Shown here: positions 13,599 through 28,738 of the stretch, piece by piece
Position numbering within the stretch: position 1 is the first letter of the stretch
Layout: the number at the start of each line of letters is the position of its first letter
Source of the DNA: the human T2T-CHM13v2.0 reference genome, Homo sapiens
DNA length: 64,000 bases
Reading direction: 5' to 3' (one strand)
Assembly (NCBI RefSeq): GCF_009914755.1
Contig: NC_060930.1
Translations under genes and position numbers: made by a program
The notes under the pieces: model-generated
Told to the model about the DNA's origin: nothing
Databases searched by the model: none
What the model saw: only the letters and a program-made list of their open reading frames with translations

Positions 13599-13646
13599 CT
13601 TTTTTTTTTTTTAAAGACATGGTCTTGTTCTGTTACCCAGGCTGGA
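13599..13646 (-). mobile_element. Very short Alu 3' fragment
   Basis: Poly-T followed by agacatggtcttgttctgttacccaggctgga. Confidence 0.65.
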
Positions 13647-15445
13647 AAGCTATGTTTTAATAATAATATTTAATGTAGTCCTGTTTAACAACTATAATTA
13701 AAGGAAAAAGAAAATATTTATTCATAATGTAGTGGCATAGTGATTTCAGGAATCATTCTAAATATAACTTACAAGCACATTGATCAGTACACACTAAGAG
13801 GCATCAGCCATCTTGAGGTATTGACTTTTTTTGTGAACCCACCAAATACAATATCCTTGACCTTTATGCTTTTAATTGTTATTAAAACTACTCTACTACC
13901 TAACTGGTAAATAGAACTAATAAAGAATTCCACTGGATATGTAAACATCCAGTGGAAATTTATGCCTGAAAATATTGCTGAAGCAATTAACATAAATAAA
14001 TTTTAACTAAAAGTCACTTTAACATATTTTCAACAACTTTGCCACCATTCTTTTTTCACAGGCATGTAAATTCCAAAGTTTGTACCTGGCTTTAGAACTT
14101 CAAATTCTGATTTCATAATGGACTATGAGGCTGATTTTTTAAGAAGTCATACTATCTAAAAATTGTTCCTGGATTTTTTTACAATTTAATTTTATTTGCT
14201 TGCATTAATTTAGAAGAAAGTAGCAGAATATATAGTTTTTTCTGTGTTTTGGGTATTGTAAATTAGTCTTTTAATTCATTCAAATGATTTTATATAAATG
14301 TATAGTCATACAAAAATATATAATAAAATTTATAAAATACACAGCATAGGCCAGATTGTCATTTTTAGGAAGTATAAATTATAGTTGGTTATGAGAATTA
14401 CTTTGCACAAAATAGTCAAAATGACAACTGCAGAGAACAAACAGGGAAAACTCTTTTTGTTTTCATTCCCCCCAAAAGTGAAAAGAAAAAGTGAAGTCAG
14501 CTCATAAGGTAGGTGGTTAGAAATTCTTAAAAAATATGCTTATAATTTTGTTGGGACTAGCTAACTCCAGTCTGCTTTAATATGTCATGTTAATATTTGC
14601 ATATTGTTAATCTTAAATTGATATTAAAACGTCTTTGGAAAATGAGAAGTAAAATAGTCCTATGCAGTATAATACCTAAACCAAGGTGATCTAGGGTTCT
14701 TAAGGTCATAGTGGGTAATGGATTAAGTTGAGATTATAGTACATATATTTCTTCAGAGTAATTTGTCAGTGTGGCAGGAATGGGTGGTCTCACAAGTCAC
14801 TTTCTAACCATATGGTAAATAGTCATATATTTAGCTAACTTCAGTATAGAGATATGAATCTCTATAAAGGGTATATATGTGTATATATATTATATATTCA
14901 CATATATAAAATAATTTGGCTTTTTTGTTGCAAGCTTGAACCATTTTTACTTTCCAAAGCAACTCATCCTTTTCATTTAACTTTGCCCATGATATTCACC
15001 ACATCATTTTATTATTGAGATGTTCCCATCCCTTTCACTCGGTAAACTCTTTCAGATGTGTTTGTAAAGCATATTACTGATGTGTAAAATTTGTGTCATT
15101 TTGATTTCCTATAATTGAAGGAAAGTATTACCTTTAACATTTTTTATTTCCAAAACCTGCTGTTTTGGTAGTAAAAATATTGTGGTGATTTTAACCACAA
15201 TATTAGTCTGATTGTTGTCATGTTAAAGTTTTGCTCTTAAATATGTAAAAACTTTTTTATTGCAGTTTTTTTTGTGTGGTGTTTGACATTCATGCACATT
15301 AGTAGTTGCCTTAATAGTAACTCCTATTCATTTCCACACCTGTAAAGACCCAGCAGGATTTTTCACATCACGTATAATGGGCTATGATTGCCTCAGGCAG
15401 GGTCATTTAACTAATGGGATTTTCACCATATCCTGTTTCTTTTAG

Positions 15446-15492
15446 TGACATTCCCCGGATTCCTGAGAGCTCCCACCCTCCACTGGAGTCCA
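15446..15492 (+). CDS. RIMS1: RIMS1 exon, 47 nt (GDIPRIPESSHPPLES)
   Basis: ttcttttag|T ... CCA|gtgagt; phases fit both neighbours. Confidence 0.94.
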
Positions 15493-16904
15493 GTGAGTAT
15501 AAGGTTTCTTTGTTATTATAAAAGTATTGAACTAATTGAAAGTAAAGATTTCTAATTTTCTTTAGTTATTTGATATAATGAATTGGGGTTACTATACTAA
15601 AGATGTCTCCATTGGTACTAGATGTTGGCAATGATGGCAATAACTGGAAATCCAAAGAAGTCCTACTTCAGGATTTTTCTTCCTCTACTTTTTTATGTGA
15701 TTAAAAAAAAAATCTTTACTGGGAATACTCTTCAGCATCATAACAGTCAGGACCCTTACAGAGCTTAATATATCAGGAATAGTTCTAGTTACATTAACAT
15801 TTATTGTGATACTGGATTATTCAGTTTGATTGCTAAGCAGCTCAGTCTCAAGAGCAGCCTAGTGAAGAAACTAGGTAGACACTTTAACAAATAATTGTAT
15901 TACTGAATAACAAAGTGTGTGGATTGATTTTGGAAGTGAATGGGTGGAGTAAACTTCATTAAACATAATAGGTCAAGAGATTGTGAAACCAGAGGGTTGA
16001 AAGAATTATCTATATGGGAATTTAAGTCGTTTCTGTATGACAGAAGATGATATTGTGTGCAATAAAATATAGACAATTAAGTTTTCAATGATAATGCAGA
16101 AGTGACCCAAATATTTACTTTGCAATGGATGGGAATTAAGTTAATACTTGGGCTTGATTCCCCAGGTGTTCTTACAGAACCCAAGTTAAAGAAATAGAAA
16201 ATAAAAGGTGATTTAGGGGAAAACCAGTGATAGTGATTAGAAGGGAGAAGAAAATATGAAAGTAGGATAAACAAGGAAACAGACACTAGGTTATCATATA
16301 AAATGCATACCATCATGTTCTGCTAGAGGTGGACCCAGTTTTGGCTTTGAGCTTTCTGGTGACCAATACAAAGAGGGAAGTGGGACTAATTGCATAATTT
16401 ATATTATTGATATGATTAAAAAATACACTGATTGCCATAATATTACAAACAAGCATTATTAGAAATAACAGTGTTCCTGTTCTGAGACTTAAGGAAAATG
16501 TATTTTAAATATACCTGGGAAAAGACACATAGTAACAATTTTATATAGCTGTTTTTTATCACTAAATGTTTTCGGAGGGCACAAAAGGATGACATGAGAA
16601 TTAATTTGTACTTATAGAAAAAAATGTGCGGATTGCACATACTCAGGCAATGCTTCATAAACAGTATTTCTCAATGAAGCATTGGCTAAGTTTGAATGGT
16701 GGTGAGTTCAAGGTTGTACTTGCTGGATCAATAGCCTTCTATAAACACTCTGTATTGCTCTCTGTGTCAGGGTATACTTGGAACAGTGAAGAACTCCACC
16801 AAGTGGCTGAGAGGAGACCCAGCCTCCTCCATGTGAAGTTGAAACAAATCACTAGTGGTGAATTACTTGAAGCAGCATTTTCAGAGGTTCAGGATACTCA
16901 TTTA

Positions 16905-17186
<282 letters not shown>

Positions 17187-17644
17187 CTAAGATAGATGGT
17201 ATATCTGATTTTAAAACAGTGGCAAAGTCTTGGCTTAGATGTGGCTTATAAATTATATTATGTATGCATTCATTTTAATTTCTCAGTAAGGACAGTTTAT
17301 AATAGATGATCCATTAGCCAAGATAATTAGTGTTAACAGGCACTATCTTCCTTATCTCTGAAGCAGACCTTTACCCATATGTGAAGTCATGCAAGAGCCT
17401 GTGCAATACCATGCACTCCAGAAATGTAGATCAATTCTTTCCAGTTGAAATAAGCATAATACTTCGTTATATCATTCTTAATATTTTTTAAATAGACAAC
17501 TAAAGACAATCTATCCCATTAAAAGTAGGTTCTGTTATCAGTGATAGTAATTATGGTTTTATACAAATAAAGGATGCATTTAACATTTTATTAAAAATAT
17601 TTCCTACACTTACAAATATTACTTACTTTTTTTTCTCATTTTAG

Positions 17645-17757
17645 GTTCAAGTTCCTTTGAATCTCAGAAGATGGAAAGGCCTTCCATTTCTGTTATTTCT
17701 CCAACAAGTCCTGGAGCTCTAAAAGATGCCCCACAAGTCTTACCAGGGCAACTTTCT
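17645..17757 (+). CDS. RIMS1: RIMS1 exon, 113 nt (SSSSFESQKMERPSISVISPTSPGALKDAPQVLPGQLS)
   Basis: cattttag|GT ... TCT|gtatgt. Confidence 0.95.
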
Positions 17758-19141
17758 GTATGTATTTTTTGTACATGTTGGAGGCTGTTAGTATTTGCAT
17801 ACACTGTCTGAGTCTGTCTTTAAATATGTTCGCCTTTCCTTGAAGCCTGCAATAAATACATAGTCATTTAACACCATAATCTACTTCATTAGTTTTTCAT
17901 GCATTTTTTATTATTCCTTTATTCACATATTTATTCAGAAATACTTACTGAGTGCTTGCAGTGTGCCAGATACTCTGAACATTAATTGATGAATGGTAAC
18001 ATAAGTAAATAAAGAGTTCATATTTTTTGTGTGCTATGTAAAAGTTTCTAAGGTAAATAATTGTTTACACATAATATTAGGAGTTCATACCCCATTTATG
18101 TAATAACCTTATGAGCCTAGAGCCTGAAGAGCCTAAATTTGGAATATTCTTTTTAACTTCCTAAGGCATTTGGCAAAACTCTTCGTTGCCACTGAAAGCT
18201 CTCTGAAAAAGCTACCATTTTCTCACTATTGCCTTATTATGTGATCTGGGGAAACCTGGAGTGAAGAAACTAGGGTTAAGGATAATGAAGAACCATATAT
18301 TTGTAGATTATGATGGAAAATGTGATGTTGATATTATAATTTAAGGACTTCAAACTATTTGTTTCAAATTGTTACACAAATAATGACCTTTTGCTCCTCT
18401 GATAATGTGTGGATTTCTGTGGTTTGCCTTTGTGGTTTTCTCTTGATTTTAATGAGACAGAGAAGATATATGTAAGCTTATTGCTCAAGGGCTTTTATGG
18501 TTTTAACTTTTATTTTTAGTATATTGAATATCTTTGTAATACCCTTTGGGTTTATCTGCCGGCCATCTTTTTCTTCAGTGTATGTGTAAATCTCTCATAT
18601 TCTCCACATATTTTGAAAGAGGATGGAAACCCATTCTGGTTCTGTGAAACCCCATCTTAGGTATCAATTGGGAATCAGAGAAATGGATTTACACAGATCC
18701 AGGTTTGAATTCTTAATCTGTTCCTTACCATGAAAAGCTAATCCTATGTTAAATTAGTTTATTTTGTTTTAATGACTCTCAAATATGTTCTAACATATAC
18801 CTATTAACAGCATATGCTTACTTAAACATAAAATGAAAAGTAACTTCTAAATTAAAGGAAAAAAATTAAAGTTAACATTGTTAAAGTGTCATCACCACTG
18901 CCAGGGCAGATACTGTAATAATGACTGATAAAATTCCAATTCTTGTGAGTTTGACAATAGGATTTTAGTACGTTACTTCCCCATTATTCTTTGGTCTACT
19001 GTCATGAAATCTTGGTTAATAGAAATATCATTTGGCCTTCTTGTAGTTTGAAGATGTCATTTGTGTATTGTATCCTTAGTTTTTTCCTCCTTCTCTCATG
19101 AAAAATAACCTGTAATAGTTTAATTCTAAAAATTAAATGAC

Positions 19142-19415
19142 GGCTTGGTGCAGTGGCTCACACCTTTAATCCCAGCACTTTGAGAGACTGAAGAGTTCAA
19201 GACTAGCCTGGCAACATAGCAAGACCCCCGATTCCACAAAAAATTTAAAAAACTGGCCAGACATGATGATGTACACCTGTGGTTCCATCTACCTGGGAGG
19301 CTGAACTGGGAGAATTGTTGGTTCCAGCAGTTTGAGGCTGCAGTGAGCTATGATCATGCCACTGCATTCCAGCCTGTGACAGAGTGAGACCATGTCTCTA
19401 AAAAATAAAAAAATA
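19142..19415 (+). mobile_element. AluJ element with a deletion in the left arm
   Basis: ggcttggtgcagtggctcacacc...tttgaggctgcagtgagctatgatc. Confidence 0.88.
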
Positions 19416-19959
19416 AGTGAGAAAAAATACCAGGAAATACTAAACGGTGCCTGTATAAAATAGGCCCACAGTAAATATGTTTTATGATCTCTTCTAATTC
19501 TTTGTATTTCTTATTCCTAATATCCAAACTCTTGTTTTTTTTAATTTTAACTACCTGTGACACCAGAGAAAGCATTTAGTCACGCTATAATAATTTAGAC
19601 ACATATAATCTTCAAACTCTTATTTTTAACATTTAAGAACAATAATAATGATTTTATGTCTCCCTCTTCCCTTAGTTTTTTGGAAAAATTATTATTAGTT
19701 TTATTTTATAAAATGATATGTGAGAATATACAGTAACACTGAAGGCCTGCCAGTTGTAGGTTATGTTTAAAGTACTCAAAGAGAAAAGTAAAGTTCTGTG
19801 TGTTTATGCTTTCAAATTGGTGTGTTTTTAGAAATATCTGTAATTGCATTATATTGTAATTCAAAATTTCCTCATTTAAATATAACTTGAATTTTGTTTT
19901 ATGTAAAATTGTAATGCCTCATGATTTTTACAAATAATTCCTTTCCTCATTGCTCCTAG

Positions 19960-20090
19960 GTGAAGTTGTGGTATGATAAAGTGGGACACCAGCTGATTGT
20001 AAATGTTCTGCAAGCAACAGATCTACCTGCTAGAGTAGATGGACGTCCTCGAAATCCCTATGTAAAAATGTATTTTCTTCCAGATAGAAG
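19960..20090 (+). CDS. RIMS1: RIMS1 exon, 131 nt, C2A (VKLWYDKVGHQLIVNVLQATDLPARVDGRPRNPYVKMYFLPDR)
   Basis: ctcctag|GTG ... AAG|gtagtg; C2-domain NPYVK motif. Confidence 0.96.
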
Positions 20091-20550
20091 GTAGTGAATA
20101 ATTTTAGAAAAAAAAAATCTTAAAATCTGTACTAATAGAAAAGGTAGAATTTTCTCTTTTGGGATGTTTTTAAAAAATATAATAGATAATTCTGAGGAGA
20201 TAAAAGTACATTATCTCTGAAAAAAGAAGTCCCTCAAGTGTTGGAAATTGTGTTGGAAATATTTGAAAATAATCTGTCAATTAAAAAAATCTATTACCTT
20301 GTTTATAGGTATATTAGTCTTTGATAGCGACACATCATTTAGAATGTACCTTTGTATGTGTCCCTATAATTACAATACTGCTTATATTGTAACTGAAGTT
20401 AGAATATTATTAAACTCTATTATCTTTTTATAGACTTTCAATGAGTTATTAGTTAAAATAATATAAATATCAATGGCAGTTTTACATGTAACTACAGTAG
20501 ATGGCAGCATGTACTTGCTTTTTCATTTACAAAACATACTTATTTTTCAG

Positions 20551-20722
20551 TGATAAAAGTAAAAGGAGGACCAAAACAGTAAAGAAAATACTAGAACCAA
20601 AATGGAATCAAACTTTTGTCTATTCACATGTACATCGTAGAGATTTTAGAGAACGAATGTTAGAAATAACTGTGTGGGACCAACCAAGAGTGCAAGAAGA
20701 AGAAAGTGAATTTCTTGGAGAG
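20551..20722 (+). CDS. RIMS1: RIMS1 exon, 172 nt, C2A (SDKSKRRTKTVKKILEPKWNQTF...EFLGE)
   Basis: tttttcag|T ... GAG|gtgatg; lies inside ORF 20501..20755; C2 motifs KT..K..L.P.WNQTF and LEITVWD. Confidence 0.97.
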
Positions 20723-20844
20723 GTGATGTATATTTTAAAAACTCAAGTCAAATAGTTAATAAAGTTTTGTGATATTTATTATGATTACTATTACATTATG
20801 TTTTGATAAAGGTACTTGATTTAATTTGAGAATTACCCTCTCAG

Positions 20845-20998
20845 ATCCTCATAGAATTGGAGACAGCGCTTTTAGATGATGAACCGCATTGGTATAAACT
20901 TCAGACACATGATGAGTCTTCACTACCTCTGCCTCAGCCATCACCTTTCATGCCAAGGCGACATATTCATGGAGAAAGCTCTAGCAAAAAGCTACAAA
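20845..20998 (+). CDS. RIMS1: RIMS1 exon, 154 nt, end of C2A (ILIELETALLDDEPHWYKLQ...SSKKLQ)
   Basis: ctctcag|ATC ... AAA|gtaggt; preceded by a 122-nt intron. Confidence 0.96.
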
Positions 20999-21314
20999 GT
21001 AGGTTAAGGTCCTTTTAGTTGCCACAAAGTAATTATGCTGTAATGATCTAATTAGTGATTAATAATTCAAGATGTTTTTTTTAAATGTTTTATTAGAGAT
21101 CAAAATACTGGAAAATTGTTCATCTTTATGAAGCAACTTGGCAAAACTATTTCTACATTTTCACAATGAAAATAATGTAGATAGCATAGCAGAGTAATTG
21201 CAGAGCTGCAAGCCAAAAACCTCTGAATTAAAATTCTTGCACAGGGCCAATTGAGCTGTTGGTTATTGACTGATGGAATAATTTCTGTCATCACTGGTGA
21301 GTTGCCACCTGTGA

Positions 21315-21642
<328 letters not shown>

Positions 21643-22390
21643 AGTTCATAGATATTTTAATAGTTATTCATAAGAAATGTTGTTTAAAATATTAGAAGGT
21701 ATGTTTATTGCTATTCATCTAGTGATTGGGAAAAGCTATTTTTTTCTGTACTTATTGAGTAATTTTTGTGTCATAACTACATTTCTAAGTTAACAGCTGA
21801 AAAAAGCCTCATTTTGGTAATCTGGAACTAAATTATTTTTCTCACATAATTAAATATTTCATGTTGATGCTTCCCTGATCAGTAATTTCCTCAAAGTTAA
21901 TGTTTAATGAAGTATAATGACTAATTTGGGGAGCTAAACATAAATATTTTATAAAGGGCCCTGATGTTTTTTCATTAATATAGGCTGAATAGAGCTCCAG
22001 CCAAGAAATGTCTCTGAACCTTTCCACTCAGCCCTATTCTCTCTGAACTGCAGAGGAAAGCACTTAATTGTGTAGAAAACAATGTACTGTATATACTGTG
22101 CTGAAGGCTTTTAGTATAATATTTTAATTAAAGAATTAATCTGAAAATCTTATTCTGTGAAGTCCCCTTGTTTCTATATGTCTTTGGTGTAATGAGGAAA
22201 AAAATACTGATAAAATGTTATCCTTAGAGAACAAACATTTCTTTTAAAATTAGCTCAGTGTTTACTGTATTAGTCTTCGTAAGTTTTCAGTAATAATGCA
22301 ATTCACTTTTTAAAAAAAGTTTGACAGTGCTCTTTACGTTTCATAAACCAACCAGACACAGAAGTATCTCTTTGCCTTACTGTTGTGCAG

Positions 22391-22462
22391 GATCTCAGCG
22401 AATCAGTGATAGTGACATCTCAGATTATGAGGTTGATGATGGTATTGGCGTAGTTCCTCCAG
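22391..22462 (+). CDS. RIMS1: RIMS1 exon, 72 nt (RSQRISDSDISDYEVDDGIGVVPP)
   Basis: gtgcag|GA ... CAG|gtgcgt; symmetric phase 1. Confidence 0.95.
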
Positions 22463-23382
22463 GTGCGTGGGTGAGGAGCATGACCCTGCTTCACTGTGCT
22501 GCTTTGCTTGTTTTCTCTGTCAGCTTCCGGACCTCTTTAGGATACTAAACTGAAGATTTATAGCACAGAGAAATCAGTATTATATTATTCCATGGTGACT
22601 TACATTTCAAATTATTAAGAAAGTTTTAAATGGACTAGTCTCTACTAATTAGCATTCCCATAGTGAGGTTCTTCCGTAGAAACATGTCTAACTAGTGAAA
22701 CAAATCATTATTTCACAATGCTCTGAGCGTAAGTGAAAATACGAATTTTATTTTGAAAAGATGGGGTTATTAAATAAAAATTCCATTTTTCTGTGTTTTA
22801 TATTTGCATTTCTATGATTTTCCTTCCACCATTTCTGAAAATAATGTAGCCCTCCATGGAATATACTGAGAAAGGTGCATGGCGGGGTTTAAAATTGCAT
22901 GTGGCATGGCTGTAACTTTTAAAGCTTTTGTGATGTGTTCCCACTGATTATACCTAGAATGTGTGTATATGTTTTAATACAATAATATGTTTAAGAAAGA
23001 TTAAGTATTAATTTGAAGTGAACATCTCTTTGTCATTGTGTAAGTTAGTAAAACTTTTGTGATGTTGTAGGGTTTAAATGTTTCTCATCTGACTTCTGTC
23101 AGAAAAGTGTAAAATCAAGTGGTAAAGACTTACTTTCTTGGCACTAATTCTATACTTTTTAAAAATTTACTAATGAGAGGAGAAGTAAATATGCAAATAA
23201 GAAGAAATGAAAGAGACAGTCTTAAAATGTATAAATATGAATTTTAAAGGCAGTTTTTAAAGACAGTATATATATATATGCCCTTGATATATATGCCCTT
23301 TATTTACATAATTTCTCAGATGGCAGTGTACTTAATTTGAGGGCAATGGTTTTGCTCAAATTGGTAGATTCTACGATACTAA

Positions 23383-23793
<411 letters not shown>

Positions 23794-25382
23794 AAAAATG
23801 TAGTATTTAATCACTGTGTGAAAGTAGAAAATATTGTTAAATTTATTATTATAAATCTAGTGCTGTGAAAATCTATATACTTATATATTAACCTTTGATG
23901 TCAGTGTATCAGTGAGAGATTTAGATCATACTGGAGAGAAATTCACTTTTGCTCTCTGTTTTTATTTCTTAGAAGGCCATAGTAATTACACACATTCTCA
24001 ACAGAAAGGTTCACACAAAATGTAACATCATATTAGTTTGTCATGAAATTCAAAGAGTAAAGTGATTATAAATTTAAATTCATTTGGGATATTCAAATAG
24101 GAATTAGATTATACCTGGTAGAAAAATCATCACCTCTAACAGGAATCTTAACTATTAGTCAGCCTTAATGTTGTCATTACCAATTTATCTAAATAGAATT
24201 TGCTTCGGTGAGTGGTTCCCAAATTTCATTCACCTGAAATTTCATATTTTTAGTTATGAGACAGGGAAGTAAATGATGAATAAATAAATGGCCAATTAAA
24301 TAAATGCTTGCACAAATGATGAGTTTCTTCCTCTTTCTCTGAGAGAGCAACATGGATAACGCCTTGTGAGAAGTCAAAGTGAGTTATGGAATCCACTAGA
24401 GATGGGATTAGTGCTTGAGTACCACCAAGGAGCACTGAATTCTAAATATACTTATATTCCATACTGAAATATACCATGTCCCTCAAAGTGTTTGCAAACA
24501 TGCATAATCTCTGTTATCATACAAAGCAATATTTTTCAAATAATATTGTTCATTTTTATTTAGCATTTAAAAATGTAATGAGTCAAACTTTAATAGAATA
24601 TGACTAGTAACTTATAAAACTGATAAGTAATATTTTATGTTTCAAAGATCTCATAAATTAAAGGAGAGCATGTAATTCATTAATATTTTCAGATATACTC
24701 TTCATTGATCCATTGTAATTATGTGGTAGTATTTGTATGGCAAATATAACTAGTCACATAGTAACATGCAATACATTTTAAATGAAGAGGAAAAATGAGT
24801 CAGTAAAATAAGGGCAAGAAGCTAAAATAAAGTGAGGTGATAATTTAGCACAGTGCATTCTTATGTACTTTTAGATGTTGGTTACAAATTTGCGTCTACG
24901 TTTCCTAGCATCCAATATGAAGAAAAAATTTGTTTAGATATGGAAGTCGTCTTCTATATATGTTTAATGTACTCAAGGAAGTTCCTGGTTGTTTATTATC
25001 TAGAGAAGCTCAAAAGCTCTGTACAAAATGTTCTACTACAGCCAAAACTTAAACTTCCTAATGCCTTGGCTTTTCTAGAACACGAAATTCTCTGTTTTTA
25101 TTTGATGTGTTTACTATCTTTTTCCAGTTAGGGAAATATAGCAGGTTTTCAGCAGTTGAGACTGCCAGAGCCACATTTTATTAACTTTGTAGTTATAGCC
25201 TTATTGTTATTTAAAGTAAATAATTTTAGCTAGTTAAGAAGAATAAAAATAACCATATACAGAATGCCCTCATCTGAGGTGAGGAATCTAGCAACTTCAA
25301 CCAGAAAATGAGAAAAAAATTCTCTAATCTCTAACCCTGAGTCAACTAAAACACTGGGATTACCATAAAATAGTTTCATCCC

Positions 25383-25671
25383 AGCCGGGCACGGTGGCTC
25401 ACGCCTGTAATCCCAGCACTTTGGGAGGCCAAGGTGGGCAGATCACAAAGTCAGGAGTTCGAGACCAGCCTGCCCAATGTGGTGAAATTTCATCTCTACT
25501 AAAAGTACAAAAATTAGCTGGGCCTGGTGGCGCACGCCTGTAATCCTATCTATTCAGGAGGCTGAGGCAGGAGAATCACTTGAACACGAGAGGCAGAGGT
25601 TGCAGTGAGCCAAGGTCATCCAGCCTGGGTGACAGAGCGAGAATCCATCTGAAAAAAAAAAAAAAAAAAAA
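25383..25671 (+). mobile_element. AluS element
   Basis: gccgggcacggtggctcacgcc...poly-A; TSD-like tttcatccca/tttaatccca. Confidence 0.94.
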
Positions 25672-27751
25672 TTTAATCCCAGTCATGGTTCTGAAGATAG
25701 AGTGCATGTTGTCAACAATAACGTAAACATAATGTGAAGAAAATCAAATTTTTTGTAAAAAGCAACTATAAATGTAAAAAGCAAAGAACTTTTTCTTTGT
25801 AAAATGCAAAGAACTATAAATGTATATTTATTTAAGGTCATTCACTATAGAGTCAAATGTTAAAACTTTGAATATTATAGCATATGTTATATTCAAAATG
25901 ACTTTGAGTCACCAAAATAGTACACATTGCCGTCAGTATACTTTTTGAATTCAGAACTTTCTAAGTTACATTAAAAGTTGTTAATATGTTAAAAGTTTCA
26001 AGATTTCACTTGTTTCCTTAAAGTCCCTTCTTAAAAGGATAAAAGAGGCATTAATTTCTATATAACCACAAAGAATCCAGGAAACAATTATATACCTTTT
26101 ACAGCAAGATGCCAAAATTCTCTAAAATTTATTCTGTAATAATTAATTATACAAAATCTATTTATATACCTTGAATACTCACTTAAATCTCGAAATAGGG
26201 CTCATAAGTCAATATTGGCCTTCCATAATTATTGTGTAATTGATACCAGATAGCAATTAAAAATGTTTAAGTAATTCAGACTATGGATTAATTGTCTTTA
26301 TAAATAGTCACCCTTTTTTTTTTTACAATGAGCTATGTATTAATAGTGTATTCACTACATGTTAACTTAGTTTGTCTCTTTCTAGCCTTAATATTATAAT
26401 TTCTAGTCTTAAAATTACAATATAATATTACATCTGAATAACAGACTTTTTATACAAAACTCAATAGCTTAGTTGATATTTTGATAAGAAAAAATTAAAG
26501 TATTTCAAATTATAAATTATACCATTTATGAATATTAAACATGTTTTTATAGAGTGACAAAATGTTTGTATTTCTTTAGTCTGAATATTGTCAAAGTACA
26601 CTTAATGAAATGTTTGAAGTCCCTTAAAATTCGGCATAAGATCATGGATTCACAATATATAAACTGCTAGGGACTATTAGCCTGCCTTTAATCATGATGT
26701 TTCATAACATATTTTTGAGATAATGTGAGAGTTGTCAAGTAAAAAATGAACAACAGTTTTAGCTTCCCAATTAAATTTAACATATTTATGGTTTATGTAT
26801 GTTTTATGTAGTTGTAAATATAGTTTTTTTTTTTTACTTTGGCCACATAATTTTTTTATTTTCCTTATGATAATAAAAAACAGTTACCCTTGTGAAAAAA
26901 TTTTAAACTCTAAACTCTTCTTTTGGTTTTGAGATTACTGTCTTATCTTAACTAAATCGCAGACAATATAAACCTTTTTACTTCAGGGAAAAAGTGACTG
27001 TTATAATTTATTTTAAATTGCAATATGTTAACTATATTATCTTAGTTATGCTAATTAAAATAATTATGGAGTAGTTTCAGATGTGTAAGGCAGATTTGGC
27101 GATTGGTTCTTCAGAAGGGTGCATTTTCTCTACATTATTGTGATAGTCATCTTCAGTCATATACTACATTTGAAAATTGCAGTATTATTTGTGGTTTGCA
27201 AAATTCACAATGAGTATAATGGTGAAGATCTGCTACTCTTCTTTGTTAATTAAAACTGGAACAATATATTTGTTTTCTTATTAAAGAGGCCACCTGCAAT
27301 CCAACTAAAATAATTTATTCTCTAGAATAAAAATTGAAATGAAGAATTTATTTAAATTTAAAGAGACTCCAAACTTCTAAGCATTGACTTGTATATTAAC
27401 TATAGTTTCATGTCAAGCACTTCATTTGTGTTGCTAAGTCACGAACTCGTTCATTATTTAAATTGAAACAGTATCCCAACTCATCGTAATGTCTGAGGCA
27501 TCAACTGTCATATTCATATTATTATCTCCATGGTTCCTTTGAGCAAAACTGTAACCTGTTTCAATGCATGTATATGTTACACTCTGTGTAGGTATACTTA
27601 ATATTTTTGAAGATAAGGCTATTAATACCGATTGCATGACATTTATTCTTCATAGATCAATGGCTGCTTTAGAATAATTTTATATTCCTGTGTTAATGTT
27701 TGCATTATAGAAGAATACTGACTAAATTTTTTCTGTGTGTACTTTTGCCAG

Positions 27752-27908
27752 TAGGCTATAGGTCTAGTGCTAGAGAAAGTAAATCTACAACATTAACTGT
27801 GCCAGAACAGCAAAGAACAACTCATCACCGCTCACGTTCAGTATCTCCTCATCGCGGCAATGATCAGGGAAAGCCGCGTTCACGTTTACCAAATGTGCCA
27901 TTACAGAG
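27752..27908 (+). CDS. RIMS1: RIMS1 exon, 157 nt (VGYRSSARESK...RLPNVPLQ)
   Basis: ttttgccag|TAG (NAGNAG) ... GAG|gtaggc; lies inside ORF 27700..27912. Confidence 0.95.
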
Positions 27909-28612
27909 GTAGGCTTTGAAATGGGCTCAGTGTCCCTGACAGTACATTTTTATTATAATGCAGTGTAAATTGCTGCAAAACTAACTGAAATGAAAAAATA
28001 GTTTGGTCAAATTATTTTTTTCAGAATTAATTGTAGGCAAAATTTTTTTTATTCTTTATCCAACCTATGTGGCAGTCTGTTGTTTAATCTGAAGAAATTT
28101 CCCAGGGAGCAGAAGTTGTTTATGTCCCAGGAATAGTTTTTGAATAATTGTCTTGTATTCTCTTTGCTAGTTTTCTTTCTTGTTAGAAAAAAATGGTAAC
28201 AAATCAGAATTGTGGAGAGAAGTGGCGAAGAGGATAAGGTTAAGAGACAGAATGGACTTTGAAGAGATTTAGGATTGTCTCTTTGAAGCACTTTAAATGC
28301 TTGGAAACATAAATAAAACATATAGTGCTCTACTTCATTTTACTCTGATATACACTCCTGAAATTGTAATTAATTATGCCGATAAAAATTGATTTTGATA
28401 GAAGTATGAAAGAAGGTTGGAGAAATGCAGCCACAGGCAAAAACTCATAGAAAACAAATACCCTTAACTCATTGATAAGTAGGTTTTGATTATGATGCAA
28501 ATACTTTTCAGTGTTTATTTGCATATTACTCTTAGTTCCTTCACTTTAGTCTGTCTGCCTGTTTTGGGAAGATGATACAATTTGACACATAAGAATTTTG
28601 TAATCATTTTAG

Positions 28613-28738
28613 GAGTTTAGATGAAATTCATCCAACAAGAAGGTCACGTTCTCCAACCAGACACCATGATGCCTCCCGAAGTCCAGTTGATCATAGAACC
28701 AGAGATGTGGATAGTCAGTATTTATCAGAACAAGACAG
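28613..28738 (+). CDS. RIMS1: RIMS1 exon, 126 nt (RSLDEIHPTRRSRSP...YLSEQD)
   Basis: cattttag|G ... CAG|gtattt; phase 2-2. Confidence 0.94.
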
